64,000 nucleotides of DNA, taken from NCBI RefSeq assembly GCF_006345805.1, contig NC_042999.1, positions 154,938,001 through 155,002,000 of the forward strand. Reading direction: 5' to 3'. Below the pieces are notes generated by a model, which saw only the letters and a list, made by a program, of their open reading frames with translations, did no database searches and was not told where the DNA came from. Below, piece after piece: positions 34,004 to 47,100 of this stretch; within the stretch, counting starts at the first letter, position 1, and each line of letters opens with the position of its first letter. A program made the translations under genes and the position numbers. The stretch comes from Octopus sinensis. Its lineage: Eukaryota.

Positions 34004-35860
34004 ATGGAAAGACCGAGGAAGCGTCGAATCGGCGAGGAAAATAGAAAATTTCAAGAAAAATGGACCAAAGAATATTTTGTCATTCCACAGAACGATAAAG
34101 TTTTGTGCCTGATTTGTCATAAAGTCGGTGCTTGTTTGAAAGAATATAATATTAAACGGCATTACAATTCACACCACAAATCTTATAACATGTTAGTAGG
34201 CGATGAACGGAATATGAAGCTAGAATTACTTTTGAAAGATATTGCTGATCAAACATTTGTTTTCCAAACTGCCCAAAACGAAGTGTCAGTCTATGCTAGT
34301 TATGTTCTTGCTTATGAACTTGTCAGGAGTGCCAAACCATTATCTGAAGGTGAATTTCTTAAACAGTGCATGATGAAAATAGTAGACGTTGTTATTCCTG
34401 ATAAAAAACAACTTTTACAAGATATCGATATGTCGAATGTCACAATGTTCCGCAGAATTATTGATGTCGCTGAAGATCTTCAAAAACAACTCCAAACGCA
34501 TTCGCAGAGTTTTGTAGCTTATTCTATTTCCTTAGATATTTGTAACGATATTAGTGAAACCCCACAACTTTTGGTTTTCATCCGAGGAGTTTTAGAGAAT
34601 TTTGATATTCATGAAGAATTGCTTTCTGTAGAAAATCTGTCAGAAAAAGCTACAGGGATCGATATATTTCACGCCACTTGCCGGGCTTTAAATGCAAACA
34701 ATATGAATTGGGAACTTTTGGTAGGGGTCACTACGGATAGTGCACCAGCTATGATTGCAGCAAAATCTGGTGCCGTTGCTTTGTTAAGCCAAAAAATGAA
34801 GCAAAAATATGACATGGATTTAATCCATTACCATCGTGTTATTCCTCAAGAGACACTTATTAGCAATGTTCTTTTAATGGATAATGTTATAAGTGTTGTT
34901 GTCAAGTGTGTAAACCTGTTGAGAAGTGAAGTTCATGAACATAACCTGTTTAAAAGTTTCCTGGAAGATTGCAAAGCGGAATTTGGTGATGTGTATTTCT
35001 CTACGGATAGATGGGTCAGCAATTATTCTTGTCTCAAACGCTTTTTTTCTTTAACAAATGAAATCAAAGAATTTCTGTATCGAAAAGATCACGAGTTAGT
35101 AAATATTATGGACAGCGACTGGATGTGTGATTTGGCCTTTTTGGTTGATATTTCCTCAGTTTTAAATGAATTAAACACACAACTTCTTGGAAATGGTAAA
35201 TTTGCTACAACACTTTTTGAACATACCAAAGAAACTGGAAAAAAACTCCAAATTCTACAGAAGCAGCTAAAAGATAAAAATTTGACTAATTTTGCAACCT
35301 GCAAACTGCTATTAGATGATGGCTTCAAAGTTTATAAAGATGGATGTGTTGTTTTGGATAAGAGTTGCACAATTCTAGAAACATTTTCTTCTGAAAAATA
35401 TACCCAAATTCTTCAACGTGCAATAGGTTTTTTGGACTTACAGGAGCATTCACAAGCTTTAGATATTTTTGAAAATCCCTTTACTGTAGAACCAGAAACT
35501 GCGCCAACAACCTTTCAATTAGAACTTAGAGATTTGCAGGAAGATTCCAAATTTAATTATCCTTTCTGTGAAAAAAGTCTCATTAATTTTTATGAAGAAC
35601 TTTCTGCTAAACAATATCCTAAATTACGCCATCATGCCCAACAAATGACTTCTTTGTTTGGAAGTACATATATATGTGAGAAAACTTTTACCATGATGAA
35701 TTTAAATAATAATAGTTCCTTGTTTAAAACTAAGTTTACCGAAACTTATCACCATCCATATTTACGTGTTCTAACTTCAAATTACTGTCCTAGAATGGAA
35801 CACATCTTAGAAAAAAAATCATCCTCCATCATATCAGGAGATTATGTTTATTTTTCATAA
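34004..35860 (+). CDS. Intronless hAT (Buster/SPIN-type) transposase-derived protein, GTF2IRD2/EPM2AIP1-like, 618 aa
   Basis: N-terminal FQEKWTKEYF..VLCLIC..KEYNIKRHYNSHH zinc finger, KPLSEGEFLKQCM, SISLD(178), VTTD(245)SAPAM, RW, DLAFLVDI..LNELNTQLLG, and the C-terminal dimerisation motif FGSTYICE(559)KTF. The ORF is uninterrupted. Confidence 0.9.
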   Translation: MERPRKRRIGEENRKFQEKWTKEYFVIPQNDKVLCLICHKVGACLKEYNIKRHYNSHHKSYNMLVGDERNMKLELLLKDIADQTFVFQTAQNEVSVYASYVLAYELVRSAKPLSEGEFLKQCMMKIVDVVIPDKKQLLQDIDMSNVTMFRRIIDVAEDLQKQLQTHSQSFVAYSISLDICNDISETPQLLVFIRGVLENFDIHEELLSVENLSEKATGIDIFHATCRALNANNMNWELLVGVTTDSAPAMIAAKSGAVALLSQKMKQKYDMDLIHYHRVIPQETLISNVLLMDNVISVVVKCVNLLRSEVHEHNLFKSFLEDCKAEFGDVYFSTDRWVSNYSCLKRFFSLTNEIKEFLYRKDHELVNIMDSDWMCDLAFLVDISSVLNELNTQLLGNGKFATTLFEHTKETGKKLQILQKQLKDKNLTNFATCKLLLDDGFKVYKDGCVVLDKSCTILETFSSEKYTQILQRAIGFLDLQEHSQALDIFENPFTVEPETAPTTFQLELRDLQEDSKFNYPFCEKSLINFYEELSAKQYPKLRHHAQQMTSLFGSTYICEKTFTMMNLNNNSSLFKTKFTETYHHPYLRVLTSNYCPRMEHILEKKSSSIISGDYVYFS

Positions 35861-36213
35861 TTTCCAAGGTTGCAAGCTCACAGAATCATGAGAATTTTTT
35901 TAACAAAATACGTCATGGCATTTTTTCTGACTCACTACATTCAAAGTTCAAATTCCACCATGGTTGACTTTGCCTGGGATCAATGTAATCGACTAACCCC
36001 TAAAATTATTGACCTTCTGCCTAGATGACAAAAAAATTATTAGTAATTTTCTGTGTCTCTTCATTATGTTTTTTTTCTATTTTATTTAATCATGTGACCA
36101 TCTACCAACTGTATCAGGATAATTACCCCACTAGGACAATTAACCCACCTAGGACGATTTCCCCTGATGACAATTACCCTGCTTGATTAATTACCCCATC
36201 TCCAATATATTAA

Positions 36214-36433
36214 CCCTTTCATTACCAACCCAGCTGAAACCGGCTCTGGCTCTGAGTACAAATGTCTTCTTTTCATAAGTTTTGAATTAAAATCTTCCAC
36301 CAAACCTTAGTCACAATTTATGTTCCTAACCCTAGCTGAATGATAACTAAGTTATTTTACTAAATTCTTTGTTGTATTTAAAGTAATTGAAAGAAACAGA
36401 GAGCATCTCAAAATAAATACAGTAACGAAAGGG
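36214..36433. mobile_element. piggyBac-type MITE
   Basis: ttaa|ccctttcattac ... gtaacgaaaggg|tgaa (one TSD copy mutated). Confidence 0.7.
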
Positions 36434-37404
36434 TGAAATTTTAAATCATCATCTGTTGTCCTCAGGAGTAATTGTCGATGGTGGGGTAAATGTCCTAGAC
36501 TCCTAACAACAGTCTGCTCATATTTTGGTGCTTCTCATGTACTGCAATACTGTATATCTTCTTTGATCCTTGTTTTCAGGTTTATAGAATTCAGTTTATA
36601 AAGTTTAAACTTTTAATTCATTATGTATCTATTGATGATAACAAAAACAAAAAAAATTTTTAAATCATGTAACAAAAACGTAAGTAAATTTGTTCCGAAT
36701 CCAATCTGTTTATCTCTTTGTTCATTTTATATCCATTTTTCTATGCTAGCATGGGTTAGATGAATACATATTTATGAAGCATTATTTTACAGCTGGATGC
36801 CCTTGCTGCTATTCCCTTATTTTTCAAGTAAAGGGTTTTTTCTTTGGAAGCACTAAACTATCAGAAAGTTTGTTGACAAGGAAATTACAACAAACACCAG
36901 TCTGGAGCTCAACTCAGCACAATGTAAACATTCACACATCATCGTCATTATTATCATTATTATTATTATAAAAGATGGTGGATTGGTAGAATCGGTGGAG
37001 CATCAGGAAAATGCCTTGTAGTATTTGTTCTGGCTCTTTACATTCTGAGTTCAAATTCCACCAGGGTTGACTTTACCTTTCAACCTTTTGCGGAAGGTTG
37101 ATAGGGTAAGGACCAGTTGAACACTGGACTTGACTTACTCCCACTCCTAAAATTCCTGACCTTGTACCAAAATTAGTAAGAATTATTATTAGTAGTAGTA
37201 GTAGTAACAATTGTAAGGTAGCAGAATTATTAGCACATTGGGCACAATGCTTAGCAGCATTTCATCTGTCTTTATGTTCTGAGTTCAAATCCTGTTGAGG
37301 TCAAGTTTGCCTTTCATCCTTTTGGGGTCAATAAAACAGCTGATTTAATTCACTTCGCCCCACCCCCAAGCCTGATAGCCTGGTGCCAAAATTTGAAACC
37401 ATTA

Positions 37405-37960
37405 TTGTTGAGTGAGAGAGTAATGCATGCCATCAAAGTGATGCTGGGGTACAAATATGCGAAACTCAATATAATTATGACTACCTGTCTGCTAAGGATG
37501 CACCAAGCATATGCATCACAACCATGTGTGTGACATGGTGACCTCATATCAAGATAAACAGTGCATGACCTTGCAGTTGGAGCCCAGTTAGAATTTTCTT
37601 CAGGTTAAGTAGACCATCCTACTCAAAAAGTCCCTGAATATGGTTTGTTTAAAGATGATGGATGAAACACCCATCTTTCCAGAGGTGAATTATTCAAACC
37701 CCCAAAAAATCCTTCTCAACATATGGCTATGATGCTTCACCGCTACTTCTACTTGTGATCAGAGCTGCACATATCAGCGGTCACTAAGGGACATGCTCAA
37801 ATGATGGAGGTTAAACAACTGATAGGCAAATCTGTGATGCTCAGCAGAATATTTGCTGTAGCCCGTCTTTTACACCAAAACAAAACATGTACAAGTTAAA
37901 ACATCTAAATAGTTAAGATCAGAAGCCATGAAAGCCAGTGCCTGGTATTATAATAATAAT
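37405..37960 (-). mobile_element. ~530-bp retroposon with (AAT)n tail
   Basis: Reverse complement of the unit tandemly repeated at 52525-53600. Partial copies at 10600-10720 and 54780-55140. Confidence 0.7.
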
Positions 37961-37964
37961 GATA

Positions 37965-38295
37965 ATGAAATTATTGTATACAGTACTCAGGTGCACCACA
38001 ACTTGTCAAAAGTGCGTATAAAGCATATGCAGTAATGTACAAATGTCTGGAAAGTGAACAGTGTATGAGTCAGATACATGCTTGCATGTGTATGGAGGGG
38101 ATAAAATCAGGTGTAGTGTTGGCGAATCTCAGGAAGCATGGAAGTTTTGAAAGATGCAGTGCTCCAACAACTAACAACTGATGCTGGCAGTTTGTTCCAT
38201 GCTTCAGCAACTCTTAGTGTGAAAAAATGTCTCTGAAAGTTATGGGAGCTGTGCTGTTTTCTGACTTTGTAAACATGTCCATGAGTGTTAGACAA
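37965..38295 (-). mobile_element. CR1/L2-type LINE 3' end fragment
   Basis: SNTHGHVYKVRKQH..FFTLRVAEAWNKLPASVV; homologous to 54509-54750. Confidence 0.75.
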
Positions 38296-38536
38296 GGAAA
38301 ATGCGATAATGTGCTTCTAGATTCATTATATCTGGAAAAAAAAAACATGAAAGATGGAGTTTGAAAAGGTGCTCAGAGTTATTGTTTGCACCAGGACACA
38401 TCATTACAGTTGTTTTCTGTTATTTTACACGATTGGTATTTTAAGTGGTTTACTTACGCTTCCTAGGATAAGGAGCATTTTGTGTATTATTAAAAAAAAA
38501 ATCTGTTCTGTATATTTGTTTTTGCATTGTATTGAG

Positions 38537-39232
38537 GACTTTTCAAGTAATTCCTGCTGAACCTAACAGATAGGTTTTCTGCACTGCATCCACTCCCAGA
38601 TAAAGTGAAGCTTACCGAGATTTGTTTTATAAATTTTAACATTCATTTTCACTACAAACGTTTTACCGTGCTTCTGGGCAAGGTAGACAACTCTGTCTAA
38701 TTGTCGAAATGGATCACATCCTGAGTTAATTTTGTAATTCTGATAGAGCAGACCTCTGGTCAAAGGCGCCCCAGTCATGACTATTTCGTTGGTTTTTTTT
38801 TCAAATATAATGCATCTAGAAGCACATTATCTCATTTTTCCTTTTATTTAATACAATAATGTGATTTGAGGAGACTTTTCAAGTAATTCCTGCTGAACCT
38901 AACAGATATGTTTTCTGTACTGCATCTACTCTCAGATAAAGTGAAGCTTACCGAGGTTTGTTTTATAATTTTGTTTTATAAATTTTACATTCATTTTTGC
39001 TACAAACGTTTTACCGTGCTTCTGGACAAGGTAGACAACTCTGTCTAATTGTCGAAATACATCAAATCCTGAGTTAATTTTGTAAGACACAAGTCAGCCT
39101 TGATAGAGCAGACCTCTGGTCAAAGGCACCCCAGTCATGACTGTTTCATGTTATTTTTTTCCAGATATACTGTATCTAGAAGCACATTATCACATTTTCC
39201 TTTTATTTAATACACTAATGTGATCTGAGGGA
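38537..39232. repeat. Local tandem duplication of a ~340-360-bp unit
   Basis: gacttttcaagtaattcctgctgaacctaacagata... begins at about 38537 and again at about 38873. Confidence 0.9.
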
Positions 39233-39577
39233 GATTTGTCTCAGGTTTCTCTGTTTCAAACTAACAAGGTTATCTTCGTCATTTAACATCTGTTCTCCAT
39301 GTTGGTGTAGGTTTTCCAATACCCTTACACAAAGTACCCGAGAATTGATGCACATACTCACAAAATTCTTCAATCTTCCTCGACAAGGTTTTTAGAAACA
39401 TGCCACAGTATGTCACTTCCTCAAGATGCGCAACTATCAGACCATCAATTTACAACCAGGACATCTCACAAATCTCTGCTACCTCCACAAACAAAGATTC
39501 TTCAAAGATGACATTACAGTAATGTTTTCTTCACTGTGCACAACCATCTACCTCAGCCTCAGCAGAAGGACACAATA

Positions 39578-40480
39578 AGGTGGCGAGCTGACAGAAACGT
39601 TAGCACGCCGGGCAAAATTGTTAGTGGTATTTTGTCTGTCTTTACGATCTGAGTTCAAATTCCACCAAGGTCGACTTTGCCTTTCATCCTTTCAGTGTTG
39701 ATAAATTAAGTACCAGTTATGTACTGGGGTCAATCTAATCGACTGGCCCTCTCCCCAAAAATTTCAGGCTTTGTGCCTAGAGTAGAAAAGAATATTTTAA
39801 AGGTGGTGAGCTGGCAGAAACGTTAGCACGCCAGGCGAAATGCTTAATGGTATTTCGTCTGCCACTACGTTCTGAGTTCAAATTCCGCCAAGGTTGACTT
39901 TGCCTTTCATCCTTCTGGGGGTTGATAAATTAAGTACCACTTACATACTTGGATTGATCTAATTGACTGACCCCAATCCCCAAAAATTTTGGGCCTTGTG
40001 CCTAGAGTAGAAAAGAATATTTTAAAGGTAGTGAGCTGGCAGAAACATTAGCACGCCAGGAAAAATGCTTAATGGTATTTCATATGAAGGCGGCGAGCTG
40101 GCAGAAACGTTAGCACGCCGGGCGAAATTCTTAGCAGTATTTCGTCTGCGTTATGTTGTGAGTTCAAATTTACCTTTCATCCTTTACCTTTCATCCTTTC
40201 GGGGTCGATAAATTAAAGTACCAGTTACGCACTGGGGTCGATGTAATCGACTTAATACCTATGTCTGTCCTTGTTTGTCCCCTCTGTGTTTAGCCCCTTG
40301 TGGATAATAAAGAAATAGGTATTTCATCTGTCTTTACATTTTGAGTTCAAATTCCACTGAAGTCGACTTTGCCTTTCATCCTTCAGAGGGTCAATAAATT
40401 AAGTACCAGTTACATACTTGGGTCGATCTAATCAACTGGCCTCCTCCCCCAAAATTTCAGGCCTTGAGCATAGAGAAGCA
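39578..40480 (+). mobile_element. Array of Nin/Deu-domain SINEs: tail-A units plus a tail-B copy nested with TSD ggtatttcat
   Basis: TSD at 40074-40083 and 40318-40327. Confidence 0.82.
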
Positions 40481-40991
40481 AAGGACACAACCTTCTACCT
40501 CAGCCTCTCTAATCTTGAACACATTACCCACTAAGTTGCTACAAGCACTTAATTCTCATTTGTTTTAAATGTTTTCTTGTGCTAACATGGATAGGATGAA
40601 TATGTACTGAGGTGTTGTTCTATAGCAAGATGTCCTTGTCACAATCTTCTACAGCTGTATGGCAAGAAGCTTGCTTCCTAACCACATGGTTCCGGGTTCA
40701 GTCCCACTGCATGGCACTTTGGGCAAGTGTCTTCTACCAAAGCCTTGTGAGTGGATTTAGTAGATGGAAACTGAAAGAAGCCTGTCGTATATATATATAT
40801 AAATATTCAGGGATTATCTCATACATTCAAGTACCTTGGATCCCAGAGCATCCCGCTGTGCTTGAGGAGACCTGTTGAGTCAAGTACATGTACATGAACA
40901 TCGAAACAAATATCAATGGAAATAGTTGTTGTGATACCTGTGCCGGTGGCACGAAAAGAAATAGGAAAAGAGAGAAAGAGTTTTCAAAGCC

Positions 40992-40997
40992 TTTATT
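40992..40997 (-). terminator. Putative NME7 polyadenylation signal AATAAA
   Basis: About 70 nt downstream of the stop codon, followed on the - strand by a pyrimidine-rich tract. Confidence 0.5.
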
Positions 40998-41067
40998 CAC
41001 AAAATAATGAATATCTTTTTAAAAAATGGTGAATATAGAACAAATAAATTAAATAAATCCAGCAAAT

Positions 41068-41100
41068 TCATCTGTCTAAGATCTTGAAGAAATATTCAAC
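41068..41100 (-). CDS. NME7: NME7 last coding exon
   Basis: Acceptor ttgtag, then VEYFFKILDR*. Confidence 0.92.
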   Translation of the reverse strand, partial: VEYFFKILDR

Positions 41101-41974
41101 CTACAAGAAAGAAAATATATTAAAAAGAAATTATCCTGTTTCTATAAAATGGTATATTTTAATTAGTTAAGATAAAAAATAGAGACGTAAATGGTTAAGA
41201 TTTTTAGATATCATTATCACCAATCACCATCATCATCCTTTAATGCTTGTTTCCCATGCTGGCATTGGTGCCATGTAAGAAATACCCAATACATTCTGTG
41301 AAGTGGTTGGCATTAGGAAGGGCATCCAGCCATAGAAACCTGGCCAATACAATGAAGCCTGATGGAGTTCTCTAGCTTGCCAGCTCCTGTGAAAATGTCC
41401 AACCCATGCCAGCATGGAAAACAGATATTAAATGATGATGGTGATGAGCTCATGATGTGTGTGTGTATACATATATTTATTTGTAAATAAAATATAATAG
41501 TAAAATCTTTATAAAATTTTATTGAGTAGCCAGCATGTGAACTGATTAAGGAAAAAAATTAACACAAGGGATCTAATTTTTTCCATTATACACACACACA
41601 CACACACATATATATATATTAATTGATAGAGGGAGATAAAAAAAACCAAGGCAGTAAATATATTTCATAACATTTATCAGGAAAAGGTCTTACAGCTGTT
41701 TCCAGGATATTTTATATATCCCTTCATCAGAGACGGTGCAAGATATATAAAATATCCCGGAAACACCTGTAAGACCTATTTTTGATAAAGGTTATGAAAT
41801 CTATTTTCTGCCTTGGTTTTTTTTTTATCTCATTCTGTCAATTTATATCTATGCATAGTAATACATGACCCACATTGGACTCCTCACTCATATATTGAGC
41901 CTGGATCTTAACCATAGCACTTACTTAGCTTTTACCTGATACCTTTTAGGTCTTCCTGACACCAATACCTTTCA

Positions 41975-42007
<33 letters not shown>

Positions 42008-42240
42008 ACGGGAAAGTTTACGAAAATAAACAAAAGACGAAGGCAGGTGGAGTACAAACAAACAAATGTATTAGTATAGCGCTCAGGAATAGAAATAGAA
42101 AAAATCTTTTACATTTCGAGCCTATGCTCTTCGACAGAAAGATACACAGAAAAAACAAGGATAGAAAAAAAATGTGTGTAGGAGCTAACGATCTATCATG
42201 GCGTCCTGACTTTGGAAAGTATATATATATATATAATACA

Positions 42241-42300
<60 letters not shown>

Positions 42301-43851
42301 ATATCAAGTGCTATTACTGTGCATAAAAGCCAGATGCACCAACTTCAAGGGAATGAAAACTAGGAGGAATTCCTTCAATAAAAAAAATGGTTTAGTCATA
42401 TACCATTAATGATTTCATGGTAACGCTGTTTACCATGTTCTCCACTCATCATAACCAGGAAAAATAAATATATAAACATCTGTACATACCATACGAACAC
42501 CACGCATCCAGTAGAGCATATACAAATGTTTACACTTATAAATCTAATTTAAAGGGGTCTCTGCCTAGTTCATCTTGCCACATGTGTATAATTGGAATAA
42601 TTCAACGCTGACTATATTCCGGTGCAATATTTGTAAATAAAATATAAGGATAAAATCTATATGAGATTTTATCGAGTAGCCAGTGTGTAAACCAATTAAG
42701 GGAAAAAGTACCTATTGAAGTAGTTTGGCATTAGGAAACCTTGCCAGATCAGACTGGAGCGTGGTGCGGCCTCCTGGCATTCCAGTCCTCAGTCAAACCG
42801 TCCAACCCATGCCAGTATGGAAAGCAGACGTTAAACGATGATGATGATGATGATGTATCGTTTATACTTGCCAGATGAGTTGAGTGAAGCAACATGCAAT
42901 AAAGCATCTTGCTCAAGAACACAACATGCTACTGAGAATTGAACTCACAACCTTGTGATCATGAGCTGAACACCCTAACCACTAAACCATGTGCCTTCAC
43001 ATGAACTGTCATAGGACTAGATTAAATGTAATACTTACTTCTAAAATTCCATCTTCAGGTAGATCTGTGCAGTGGACAGCATTTTTGATTTTATCAATTC
43101 CAAACTGGGCACGCAGTGAGCGCGGTCGTAAATGTCGAGCAATCTCCTGAAGAAAATTTTTTAAAAATATATTTTGTCAGCCGGACTCTTTTCCCAACAT
43201 TTTTATTTATTTCTTTTTAGATTTTCACTTTTTAACAATTAACAATCTGGATTATTTCATTTAATTATTTATTCATTTATTTTGTATTACAACTGCTGAA
43301 CAACAGAATTGGTAAGGATAGGGCCCACACCAGATTTCTGTTTTGGTATGGTTTCAAGGGTTGGATGCCCTTTCTAAAGCCAACCACTTTACAGAATGTA
43401 CTAGGTGCTTTTTGTGTGGACCCATGTAAGTGGCACTCATTAGTAGCACCATGCTTTTTATGTGACACTATCATCAGTGCTTTTTACATGGCACCAGCAC
43501 CAGTGCTATTTACATGAGACCATCACTGATGCTTTTTGTGTTTTTTTTTATTTATGTGCCCTTTTCAAGCCTAGCCAGACTCATGGGCCCGGTTTCCCGG
43601 TTTCTGTGGCATATGTGTTCCCCCCAGCTGAACGGGACGCCAGTCCATCGCAGCGTTACTCAAGAAACAGGAAGAAAGAGTGAGAGAAAGTTGGGGCGAA
43701 AGAGTTCAACAGGGGTTGCCCCCCTGCCGGAGCCTCATGTAGCTTTACGTGTTTTCACTCAATAAACACACACGACGACCAGTCTGGGAATCGAAATCGC
43801 GATCCTCCGACCATGAGTCCGCTGCCCTAACCACTGGGCCATTGTGCCTCC

Positions 43852-43904
<53 letters not shown>

Positions 43905-44126
43905 GTGTGTGTAAGTATGTAAATATATATCAATCAAAACAGGAGATTGGAAAATGTTTTTGGTGCTATTTACTCACCATTACACATGTTTCATTTGCTA
44001 ATAGGAGTTACAAAATTGTGCATATAGGACAAAAGCATGTAGGATGCCTCTGAAAAGAAATTCTTCAGACTAAAAACAATTTGGGTTTTGATCCTATCTA
44101 CATAACATTATATATATATATGTATA

Positions 44127-44168
<42 letters not shown>

Positions 44169-47100
44169 GAGCTTCCACTGCCAAATTGACTCAGAAGGCT
44201 TTAGTCAGGGTTAGTTATAATAGAAGACCCTTGCCCAAGGTTCCACACGATGTGGTTGAACCCAAATACCATCTGGTTATCAGTTTAACCCTACAAACAT
44301 GCCTGTGACTAAAAGTCTATGAAAAACAGCATAAAACGCTCTTTTAGGAAAAAATAGGAACTGAAGTAACTTACAGGATCAGCAGGACCAGCCATTTCCC
44401 GGAAGGCCTTCGGAGCATCTTTTGCCCGTAGAGCAATAGCCACACATGGTCCACTGGTCAGTTCAGTGACCATCGATGGATATTCTGGCACAACTCCTTT
44501 GTACACTTCAAGGAATTCTTCAGCACAAAGTCGTTCCAAGTGAAACATCTGGATCGCAGTTATTTCAAACCCAGCATCTGTTATTGTTCTTATGATTTTA
44601 GGGGCAAGCCCTGAATTAAAAACCAAATACAAAGAAAGATTTTCGGTTTATTCAAACAAAGATCACATGAATTTATTTAATTATTTACTTATTCATCCAC
44701 CCTGTATCTACCTTTCGCTACATTCACCATATAAAAGGCACCTATGCCAGTACCAAAAAGGCACTCATACCCACTAACGTAGCTAGAGTGTGTGTCGCTC
44801 CTGGACTCCACAAAAAGCACATATTGCCTACAAAAAACCCCAAAGTGCTGCCCCCGCCCCTAGTTACACTAGTGCCTGTACAGGTGCCAAGTAAGTAGCA
44901 CCCGTGTCAGTAACAAGTAAGGAACATCCATGCTAGAACCATGTAAGAGGCACTTGTGCCAGTGCCACATATTAAGCACCTATGCTGGTGCTATGTAAAA
45001 AGCACCCAGTACACTCTGTAAAGTGGTTGGTATTAGGAAGGGCATCCAGTCATAAAAAGACCATGCCAAAACAGACAATGGAGCCTGGGCACCTGTCTGT
45101 CCAACCCATGCCAGCATGGGAAACAAATACTAGTTCTTCCATTCATTATTTTCACACAAGGAGAGCAATTCCAGGTGAGGGGGATAATTGATTGCATCAT
45201 ATCCAGTGCTCAACTGGCACTCAACATCAGCGGAATTTGATAGGAAATTTTGATGGGTGATTATAATAAATACATCATTACCAGCATCCCCTTACTGGCA
45301 CTTGTGCTAGTAGGGTGCCAAGAGCACTATCTGAGCATGATCGTTGCCAGAGCAGCCAACTGGCTTCCATGCCAGTGGCACGTAAAAGGGCACCATTCGA
45401 GCGTGACGTCGCCTTACTGGCACCTGTGCTGGTGGCATGTGTAAAAGGATTCAAGCGAGGTTGTTGCCAGTACCGCCTGACTGGCCCCCGTGGCCCGTAA
45501 AAAGCACCCACTACACTCTCGGAGTGGTTGGCGTTAGGAAGGGCATCCAGCTGTAGAAACACTGCCAAATCAAGATTGGAGCCTGGTGCAGCCTTCTGGT
45601 TTGCCAGCCCTCAGTCAAAATCGTCCAACACATGCTAGCATGGAAAGCGGACGTTAAACAATGATGATGACAGGAAGTTTGCATCATAGAAGCAGGGGTT
45701 GATCTCAGGTAGATTGGTATCAAAAAGGCTTAGCCAGTTAACTGATATAATCTACCTTGGGGTAGGGTAGGGGGTGATGAAACCAGTCAAATATTGGGGT
45801 CAATTTCGTTGACTGCTTCCTGCCTCGAATGTTTGAAGTTGTGTCTTAAGCTGGCGGAATCATTGAGACATTGGACATTGGACTTTATGTCTGGCAGAAT
45901 CATTGAGACATTGGACAAAATGCTCGGTGGCATTTCGTCCAACCCTTTAGTTTCTGAGTTCAAATTCCACTGAGACACCATGTAGAGGATTCCTTGTTGG
46001 CTTGTTGTTTTTATGAGTTGCATTTCAGATCAACTTCTTAAGAATTTATTCCATTCCCACAGTAACCAAATTCATCAGAAAAGAAAAACAAAATGGAAAT
46101 CTAAAGGAATATACTCACCACTGAGGACAGCATGTGGTTTGACCACGCAACAGGTACAATCTTCGAGGACAACAGGGTTCCTACGAATAATACCACCAGA
46201 AGTTGGGAAGAAAAATTCTAGCTGCTGTGCTGCTTCACCGGCACATCTTGGTCCATAGCAGAGATTAGCTGGGAAAGATATAGAATCTTATTAAATATTA
46301 AATTCATCTCATAAACTAAATTAATATCATCATCGTCACTGCCACCGCTACTACCACCACCACCATCATACAAACAGTGTCATTCATTTCCAGTATTCTG
46401 TGAAAAACACGTCTGGGGATATGTTACCTTGCTGGGAAACAGGTGAGGGTTAGTGATAGGAAGGGTATCCGGTTGTACAATATTTGCTTCAATGAATTCT
46501 ATCCAACCAATGTAAGCACGGAAAAGTGGACGTTAAAACAATATTGATGATGATGATGATAATGGTGGTGATGACTATTCAACATACCTTCACCAAAGTG
46601 AGCCGATATAGTCAGTGGAGCACTTGCAACAGCCTCTTCTGTATTTACAGGACCTAATGCTCTTAACCAGGAACATATGGCATCATCTCCCAATAATTCC
46701 AGAGCCACTACAGGACCAGATGTCATGTTTTCGATCAATTTCCTGCCAATCAATAAATGGGAAAATAAATGAATTACAGAGATGTACTTGCATAGCAAGT
46801 GACCTGATCTGAGATCGTGCGCTGAAACAAAAACAATTGCAGCATGGAAGGTGTTTATAAGCCATTTAAAAACACAGAAAAATTGTTAGATCCACTTCAA
46901 CATTGAACTTTAATTCGTCAAAATATTTTTGTCGTTTTGAAACCGTGACCTGTTCACTGACAAAATTCCATGCAGCACGGAATTTTGTCAGCGAACGGGT
47001 TGCAGTTTCAAAGTGATGAAAATATTTTGACAAATTAAATTTAAATGTTGAAGTGAAATCTAACAATTTTTCTGTGTTTTTAAATGGCTTATAAACACCT

